NCBI GenBank assembly: GCA_050250855.1
Contig: JBFWNW010000004.1
Span: 128,001-192,000 of the forward strand
Reading direction: 5' to 3'
Length of the DNA stretch: 64,000 nucleotides
Source of the DNA: Candidatus Babeliales bacterium
GTDB lineage: Bacteria; Babelota; Babeliae; Babelales; JACPOV01
Shown here: positions 58,133 to 64,000 of the stretch, piece by piece
Position numbering within the stretch: the stretch's first letter is position 1
Layout: each line of letters starts with the position of its first letter
Made by a program: the position numbers and the translations under genes
The notes under the pieces: generated by a model
Told to the model about the DNA's origin: nothing
What the model saw: only the letters and a program-made list of their open reading frames with translations
Databases searched by the model: none

Positions 58133-58942
58133 TTGTTAGGGCTCAAAAAAGCATTTATACAGTTTTTGTTTTTAATTGTCTGTATACTTATGATACTGCT
58201 TGCAGTACACTTGTATTATGAATATAGTGCGTTAGCAGAAATTTATTATATGCAGATTTCTCAAAAAAAACAGAGAGCAAATTTAGATGCGTGTTTTGAT
58301 ACTAGTTCTTGTGGAGAGCCGGAAGTAAAGGGCAACTTTTTAGTTGTTAACCGTGAGATGAAGCATTTAAAAAAAGAAGCAGCTCTATTTGCTCATGAAC
58401 AGCATATAAAAAATAATGAAGAAGATTTGTATGATGATCAGGTAGAGTTTGCAGCAAAGCATGAAGCTTATTTTGCATCTACTCATGGTAGTCAGAGAGT
58501 TCCTAAAAGAGCACATGTAGTACCGAAATCTTTTTGCTGGCCCGTTGAACGTTCTTCATTTTGGTTAAGCTCATTATTTGGTCCACGCAAAAAAGAAAAT
58601 GGCAGAGCAGGATTTCATTTTGGTATTGATATGGCAGCACGTAGGGGAACGCCCGTTAAAGCAGTAGCGCTGGGTTCTGTTATAGAAGCACAAGCAAATA
58701 ATGGTTATGGCAATACTGTTTTAATTAAGCATGCTGATGATATTTATCAGACGCGGTATGCGCATTTAGATAAAATTTTTGTAAGAAAAGGTCAGCGCGT
58801 AGTAAAAGGACAAAAAATAGGATCTGTTGGCAATACTGGTTTTGTGCGCGGGCGGCAGGGAGAAGAAAATGCTCATCATCTGCATTTTGAAGTAAAGCGC
58901 TATGGAAAAAATATTGACCCTTTAAAAATGTTACCAACATAA
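58133..58942 (+). CDS. M23 family metallopeptidase
   Basis: SSLFGPR, FHFGID (HxxxD), GYGN, TRYAHL, HLHFEV. Confidence 0.93.
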   Translation: MLGLKKAFIQFLFLIVCILMILLAVHLYYEYSALAEIYYMQISQKKQRANLDACFDTSSCGEPEVKGNFLVVNREMKHLKKEAALFAHEQHIKNNEEDLYDDQVEFAAKHEAYFASTHGSQRVPKRAHVVPKSFCWPVERSSFWLSSLFGPRKKENGRAGFHFGIDMAARRGTPVKAVALGSVIEAQANNGYGNTVLIKHADDIYQTRYAHLDKIFVRKGQRVVKGQKIGSVGNTGFVRGRQGEENAHHLHFEVKRYGKNIDPLKMLPT

Positions 58943-58954
58943 AAGGATATAAGT

Positions 58955-59857
58955 ATGTTTAGAAAATTTTGGGCTTGGTATAAACGACCAAATAAAACAA
59001 CATTTGAACAATATGTAGAAACATTTATTGTGATAGTTCCTCTAGCATTTGTTATTAGAACCTATTTCTATGGACTCTATCAAGTGCCTACCGGTTCTAT
59101 GGAAGTTACTATGCTTGTCGGTGAACGTTTTTTTGCCGATAAATTTACCATTTTATTCTCACCACCAAAACGTGGCGATATTATTAGTTTTAATGATCCT
59201 GATTATAACTATTCAAAAAACCCTCTTATGCGTTTATATGAACATTATGTATGGGGGCCATCAAATTGGACAAAACGTGTTATCGGTGTACCCGGCGATC
59301 ATGTAAAAGGAGTGATTGAAAATGGCAAACCAGAAATTTATATTAATGGCCAAAAGCTTGATCAACCATTTATTAATCCCTATCAATTAATTGCAGAAGG
59401 GACAGGTAGTGGTGGTATTAGATATAAAACATGGGACCCTAACTATAGTTATGAAAATCAGCCATTTTATCGTTTAAATGAATATCAAGTTTTTCTTGCA
59501 AAAAAATTACTCCGTCAACATGGATTGAATAACATAAAATATCCGTATGAGCCTGAAGGTATAAAAGATGAATATGATATTCATTTGGGCCCTAATGAGT
59601 ACTGGGTATTGGGTGATAACAGGCGCGGTAGTAATGATTCGCGTTTTTTTGGTAAGCTTGATGGTAGTTTAATTCATGGCAAAATTGTTTGGCGAATTCT
59701 TTCTATTGACAGTAAAGGTGGAAATTTTTCATGGTCGGATATCTTCAATAATCCTATTGAATATTTAGAAACATGGCTTGTTTTTGATATTATATTGCAT
59801 CCTATTGATTTCTGGTCACGTGTTCGTTGGAGCCGCTTTTTCCAACCAGTACGTTAA
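58955..59857 (+). CDS. lepB: Signal peptidase I
   Basis: VPTGSM, KRVIGVPGD, GDNR..SNDSRFFG. Confidence 0.95.
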   Translation: MFRKFWAWYKRPNKTTFEQYVETFIVIVPLAFVIRTYFYGLYQVPTGSMEVTMLVGERFFADKFTILFSPPKRGDIISFNDPDYNYSKNPLMRLYEHYVWGPSNWTKRVIGVPGDHVKGVIENGKPEIYINGQKLDQPFINPYQLIAEGTGSGGIRYKTWDPNYSYENQPFYRLNEYQVFLAKKLLRQHGLNNIKYPYEPEGIKDEYDIHLGPNEYWVLGDNRRGSNDSRFFGKLDGSLIHGKIVWRILSIDSKGGNFSWSDIFNNPIEYLETWLVFDIILHPIDFWSRVRWSRFFQPVR

Positions 59858-59924
59858 AAATCTTGTAAAGAGAATATTATTTAGTGCAGTATAAAAAGGA
59901 AGCTAAAATTAGAAAGGAAAACTA

Positions 59925-60431
59925 ATGAACATTCGTAAAAATTTTGTCGTGGCAGGATTGTGTTTTCTCTCTTTATGTTTGACTTCATGTCGTATGGGTC
60001 AAGAGGATAAAGCGCAAGACGGTCTTTTTTTAGTCAATGTTCTTGATAAGAAGTTTTTTGATGATTGTGCATTAAAGGCTCCAGGTGGTAAAGTTTATTC
60101 AGTAAATGTATCTATGGATGATCTTGAAACATATGCAGGTAAGCATTGGGATAAACAAAAAACAAATATTGTTGTATATTGTGCAAATTATAAGTGTACA
60201 GCCAGTGGAGAATCTGCTAAAATACTTAAAGATTTAGGTTACAACCATGTTTGGGCCTATGAAGGTGGCACTGCCGAATGGATGAACAAAGGATTTCCTG
60301 TTGAAGGTCCATGCAAGCAGGGTTATTTGAAAGATTACGAAAAGCCTGCAGGACATGAGGTAGAGGCTGGTGTTTCTCCTATAACTGCAGAGGAATTAAA
60401 AGCTAAAATTGATGCTTTTTCGGCTCAATAG
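59925..60431 (+). CDS. Rhodanese-like lipoprotein
   Basis: Lipobox LTSC; IVVYCANYKCTAS loop; YEGGTAEW. Confidence 0.85.
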   Translation: MNIRKNFVVAGLCFLSLCLTSCRMGQEDKAQDGLFLVNVLDKKFFDDCALKAPGGKVYSVNVSMDDLETYAGKHWDKQKTNIVVYCANYKCTASGESAKILKDLGYNHVWAYEGGTAEWMNKGFPVEGPCKQGYLKDYEKPAGHEVEAGVSPITAEELKAKIDAFSAQ

Positions 60432-60460
60432 TCTTTAACGAAATTTGTATCTAAAAAGAG

Positions 60461-60534
60461 GGCGGCATAGCCAAGTGGTAAGGCATGGGACTGCAAATCC
60501 CTGATCCCCGGTTCGAATCCGGGTGCCGCCTCCA
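60461..60534 (+). tRNA. tRNA-Cys (GCA)
   Basis: GGCGGCA/TGCCGCC acceptor stem, GGGA-CTGCAAA-TCCC anticodon arm, GTTCGAATC, encoded CCA. Confidence 0.97.
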
Positions 60535-60781
60535 TACTTCGCTGAAAGCTTCGTATGGCACGGCCATTTTTTTAATCGGAATAAATATAAAAAGAAAAGT
60601 TGAGTAGGCTGTCCGCCGAAGCTTGCCAAGCCCTGAAGGCGTGGATAAGCGAAGGCTGGACAATTGATAAAAGCTTCGCCTGGCACGCCAGCTTAAAATT
60701 GGAATAAGTATAGAAAAAAACGTTGAGTAGGTTGTCTGTCAAAGTTAGCCAAACCTTGAATTAGCTGCAAGCAAAAGTCGA
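60532..60781 (+). repeat. tRNA-linked ~120-130 bp palindromic repeat, two copies (second degenerate)
   Basis: CCATACTTCGCTGAAAGCTTCGTATGGCACGGCCA...GTTGAGTAGGCTGTCCGCCGAAGCTTGCC; recurs after tRNA-Leu. Confidence 0.8.
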
Positions 60782-60855
60782 ATCAAAAAAAATGTTTTAT
60801 TTTTCCCTAAAAATAAGGCATATTAAATAAACTATAAAATATCTTATCTTGTAAT

Positions 60856-60941
60856 GCCGAGGTGGCGGAATAGGTAGACGCAAAGGACTTAAAATCCTTC
60901 GGGCTATGCTCGTACCGGTTCGAGTCCGGTCCTCGGCACCA
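60856..60941 (+). tRNA. tRNA-Leu (TAA)
   Basis: GCCGAGG/CCTCGGC acceptor stem, AAGGA-CTTAAAA-TCCTT anticodon arm, long variable arm, encoded CCA. Confidence 0.97.
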
Positions 60942-61150
60942 TACTTCGCTAAAAGCTTCGTATGGCACGGCCAGTTTTTTTAAGGAATGTAAAAAATTAT
61001 TATACAGGGAAAATAGGCGAAAGCTGTCTGCCGAAGCTTGCCAAGCCCTGAAGGCGTGGATTAGCGCAGGCCGTATGGTACGGCCCCATTTTTTAATCGG
61101 AATAAATATAGAAAAAAAAGTTGAGTAGGCTGTCGGCCGAAAGCTTGCAA
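60939..61150 (+). repeat. tRNA-linked palindromic repeat, one full and one partial copy
   Basis: CCATACTTCGCTAAAAGCTTCGTATGGCACGGCCA...GCCGAAGCTTGCCAAGCCCTGAAGGCGTGGAT...GTTGAGTAGGCTGTC. Confidence 0.8.
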
Positions 61151-61455
61151 GATTTTTTTGAATTAGTTTTTTTCACTATTCAAAAAAATCTTTTTTTATT
61201 TTAAAGAATAAAATTTAAAAAATATTATTGTATAACTACAACAATATTTTTTGTGTTGATTTAAAGAAAAAATAATTAATTTTTTGAGCCAATTTTTTCT
61301 AAAAAGTTAATGAAAAGCTTTATATAAAAAGATTATCGCCATTAAAAATTTCTTGACAAAAGTTATAAGCAATATAAGTTACGAATTAGAACATGTTTTG
61401 TTGACATGTGGAGTGAAAGGTAAGATCGAAGGGCCCTTTAGCTAAAAGGAATACT

Positions 61456-61728
61456 ATGAATAAAGCTATGGTCGTTGAAGAAATGTCAAGAATGACAAAA
61501 GAACCAAAAGCTACGTGCAAACGTTGCTTGGAAGCTTTTGTTGACATTGTACGTGGTACACTTAAAAAAAATAAACAAGTTGTGTTGACTGATTTTGGTA
61601 CTTTCTCAGTACTAAAACGTAAAGCACGTACAGGTGTAAACCCTGCAACTGGTAAAAAAATGCAAATTCCTGCTAAGAAAGTTCCTAAATTCAAACCAGG
61701 AAAAGCATTAAAAGAAATGGTTGCGTAA
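61456..61728 (+). CDS. hup: HU family DNA-binding protein
   Basis: MNKA..., FGTFSV..RKARTGVNPATG...IPA.KVPKFKPGKALK. Confidence 0.95.
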   Translation: MNKAMVVEEMSRMTKEPKATCKRCLEAFVDIVRGTLKKNKQVVLTDFGTFSVLKRKARTGVNPATGKKMQIPAKKVPKFKPGKALKEMVA

Positions 61729-61753
61729 GTCTTATCTGACTTATCTCAATTTC

Positions 61754-61792
61754 AAAAAATAAGGGTGCTCTTGCGGGCATCCTTATTTTTTT
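61754..61792 (+). terminator. Intrinsic (bidirectional-type) terminator after hup
   Basis: AAAAAATAAGGGTGCTC-TTGC-GGGCATCCTTATTTTTTT. Confidence 0.8.
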
Positions 61793-61802
61793 GTCTCCCT
61801 GT

Positions 61803-62034
61803 GCTCATGTGGTTCGATACGATTTCTTCGAAATCACCCTTCGCGAATACTCAAGGCAGGTTCACCGATTGCTTCGATCATCCCGAGTGCCAAGCTTTGC
61901 TTGGTGTATCGAGGGACATGAGCGCTTCATTACGTAAAATCACTTGGCCTCATATATTATCGCGTTCATCCTGCCTGTCCTGAGTCTATTGAAGGGAGTG
62001 ATGTGCGCAGCACATTGTATCGAAGGATATGAAC
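61803..62034. repeat. Cluster of nested REP-like hairpins
   Basis: GCTCATGTGGTTCGATAC..., GATCATCCCGAGTG...GTATCGAGGGACATGAGC, GTTCATCCTG[CCTGTCCTGAGTCTATTGAAGGG]AGTG...GTATCGAAGGATATGAAC. Confidence 0.75.
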
Positions 62035-62166
62035 ACAAAGCATGAAATGGAGTGTTTTTAACCTTAAAACAAGCAAATTAGCCCTAATATATTGATTCAG
62101 CTTTTTATAATTAAGTATACTAAGAAGGTATAAAGGGATTTTTATTAGGAAATTAGGGGAGATATT

Positions 62167-62547
62167 ATGGAAACAGATGTAAAACAGAGCTGGTTTGAAG
62201 TGCTCCAGGAAAAAGCACAGAAATTTGCTGATCATTTTGAAATATCATGGTCTAAATCTTCAGAATATGGTATTGCATGTGGTGGCGGGTTTTTAGTAGG
62301 ATTTTTAGTAAAACGTTATGCGCGTCCAGTAATTCTAACCGCGTTAGTAGTATCAGCGCTCTTACTTGGTCTTAATTATTTTGAAATTATTACTATTAAC
62401 TGGGTTGCTGTTAAAGAGTTTATTGGTATGACGCCATCAGCAAATTTTGAAGGGTTCTTCCAAGAGTATTGGGAATGGGCTTCAACGCATGCCGTTACCG
62501 TAATTTTTGGTATACTTGGTTTTGTTGTTGGTTATAAAATTGGTTAA
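62167..62547 (+). CDS. FUN14-like small membrane protein
   Basis: GGGFLVGFLVKR...LNYFEIITINW...GFVVG pattern of the FUN14 family. Confidence 0.75.
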   Translation: METDVKQSWFEVLQEKAQKFADHFEISWSKSSEYGIACGGGFLVGFLVKRYARPVILTALVVSALLLGLNYFEIITINWVAVKEFIGMTPSANFEGFFQEYWEWASTHAVTVIFGILGFVVGYKIG

Positions 62548-62556
62548 GGCTTTCCA

Positions 62557-63105
62557 ATGAAAAAACAAGGAACGGTGGTTGATGGTATCATTGCTGCTTT
62601 GTTACAACAAGGTTCCATTAAACATGACCAAGCACAAGCATTCAAGAAACTTTTTGAGCAAAGCTCGCAGTCTTCTTTTGCAGATTTTTTGCTTGAAGAG
62701 GATTTAATTTCGCGCGAAAAGCTCTTAAATGCATTAAGCCAATATTACAAAAAGCCGGCATTTGATGTTGTTGGCCATTTTTTTGAAGAACATTATGTGC
62801 AGATGTTTCCGGTTGATGTCATGGTCCGTAATCAATTTATTCCTCTTGAACGTGAAGAGAATATGCTTATCGTTGTAGCAAGTGACCCTGATAATCCAGA
62901 ATTACTTTCTATTATTGGTAATTATGTTTCGTACGATGTGCGATTTTACGTTGGTCTTGCACGGGATATTATCGATGCTGCTCGTGAATTTAGTGATTAT
63001 GCAGTAACAGAATATCCAGAAATGCTTGACGTTGATCTGCATAAAGAACAGGAAGAGCGCAATGAAGTGCGCAATCTTAGTTTAGAGGAAGAAGAACAGG
63101 ATTAA
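62557..63105 (+). CDS. Stand-alone GspE/PilB N-terminal (MshEN / T2SSE_N-like) domain protein
   Basis: LLEEDLIS.E.LL.ALS.Y, FIPL.RE...LIV..SDP.N; immediately upstream of the ATPase gene. Confidence 0.78.
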   Translation: MKKQGTVVDGIIAALLQQGSIKHDQAQAFKKLFEQSSQSSFADFLLEEDLISREKLLNALSQYYKKPAFDVVGHFFEEHYVQMFPVDVMVRNQFIPLEREENMLIVVASDPDNPELLSIIGNYVSYDVRFYVGLARDIIDAAREFSDYAVTEYPEMLDVDLHKEQEERNEVRNLSLEEEEQD

Positions 63106-63109
63106 AAGA

Positions 63110-64000
63110 ATGATTAATCGTGCTTACGATGAATCTTCAGTTATTCGTTTAGTTGATGAACTGATTGCATCGGCAATCAAACGTTCTGCTTCAGATATTC
63201 ATGTGGAAATGTATCCTGATGCATTACGCATTCGGTATCGTATCGATGGTCTTTTGTACGACCAAGCACCATGCTCTGCAGCCTTAGCGCCCCAAATTAT
63301 TTCTCGTATAAAAATTTTAGCTCGTCTTAATATTGCAGAAAAACGTATTCCGCAAGATGGTAAATTTTCTTTTTTGTATAACAATGAATCTATAGATTTA
63401 CGTGTCTCCACCTTTCCTTCAGTTTATGGACAAAAAATTGTTATTCGTATTCTTGATCGTTCGCATATGGTTATTGCTCTTGAAACGCTTGGCATGCAGC
63501 AAGAGATGCTCCAAAAAATTCAAGATCTTTTATGCAAACAAAGTGGCTTTTTTTTAGTAACAGGCCCAACGGGCTCTGGCAAAACAACGACATTATATGC
63601 AGCATTATCAAAACTTAATACTGCAGAAAAAAATATTATAACGCTTGAAGATCCTGTTGAATACAATCTCGCCTCCATAACGCAAGGGCAAATTCGGCCA
63701 GAATCTGGCTTTACGTTTGCCTGCGGAGTTCGTTCCATGTTGCGTCAAGATCCTGATGTTGTCATGATTGGTGAAGTGCGCGATAAGGAAACGGCGCGTA
63801 GTGCGATTGAAGCTGCATTAACGGGCCACATTGTTTTAAGTACCGTACACACGAACGATGCACCAAGCACCGTAATGCGTTTGATGGATATGGGCATAGA
63901 ACCATTTTTATTAAATGCTGCACTTTCTGGTGTACTTGCGCAACGCTTGTGCAGAAAGTTGTGCATCGCATGCCGCTTTATGCGTACGCCAACAAAAGAT
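63110..64000 (+). CDS. pilB: GspE/PilB-family secretion/pilus assembly ATPase (3' end runs off the window)
   Basis: Manual translation: MINRAYDESSVIRLVD...ASDIHVE...RYRIDG...AEKRIPQDG...GPTGSGKTTTLY...EDPVEY...LRQDPD...GEVRD...GH...STVHTND...AQRL. Confidence 0.9.
   Translation, partial: MINRAYDESSVIRLVDELIASAIKRSASDIHVEMYPDALRIRYRIDGLLYDQAPCSAALAPQIISRIKILARLNIAEKRIPQDGKFSFLYNNESIDLRVSTFPSVYGQKIVIRILDRSHMVIALETLGMQQEMLQKIQDLLCKQSGFFLVTGPTGSGKTTTLYAALSKLNTAEKNIITLEDPVEYNLASITQGQIRPESGFTFACGVRSMLRQDPDVVMIGEVRDKETARSAIEAALTGHIVLSTVHTNDAPSTVMRLMDMGIEPFLLNAALSGVLAQRLCRKLCIACRFMRTPTKD

Noticed and set aside
60435..60686. Minus-strand ORFs over tRNA-Cys
   Set aside because: Antisense read-through of the tRNA and repeat.
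61150..61400. AT-rich stretch as a possible replication origin
   Set aside because: No cluster of DnaA boxes and no dnaA/dnaN/gidA nearby; more simply the hup promoter region.

Overview
AT-rich bacterial chromosomal segment. The gene content and protein families suggest Candidatus Dependentiae/Babelota (TM6, protist parasites); this is inference, not a database result. Housekeeping genes: cysK-like, a GT4 glycosyltransferase, Fo ATP synthase genes, a folC-like gene, tsaC, rbfA, rpsU, gltX, metG, topA, lepB, HU, potABCD, an Omp85 protein, plsC, a batABCDE-like operon, tRNA-Cys and tRNA-Leu. Type IV pilus genes: pilA, pilD and a split pilB. Most notable: (1) a 15.5-kb locus with a 2424-aa exported fibre-like protein (about 40 hendecad-based Cys-containing repeats plus a beta-helix head) followed by six exported beta-helix paralogues sharing a C-terminal motif; (2) an ATP synthase c subunit with four fused hairpins (E/Q/E/D at the ion-binding position); (3) a 1459-aa Cys-rich exported protein paired with a Cys-rich barrel-like protein; (4) several palindromic non-coding repeat families, including REP-like units nested inside each other, repeats starting exactly at tRNA CCA ends, and a ~430-bp hairpin-packed element bounded by terminal inverted repeats. 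No CRISPR array, transposase, integrase or reverse transcriptase was seen.
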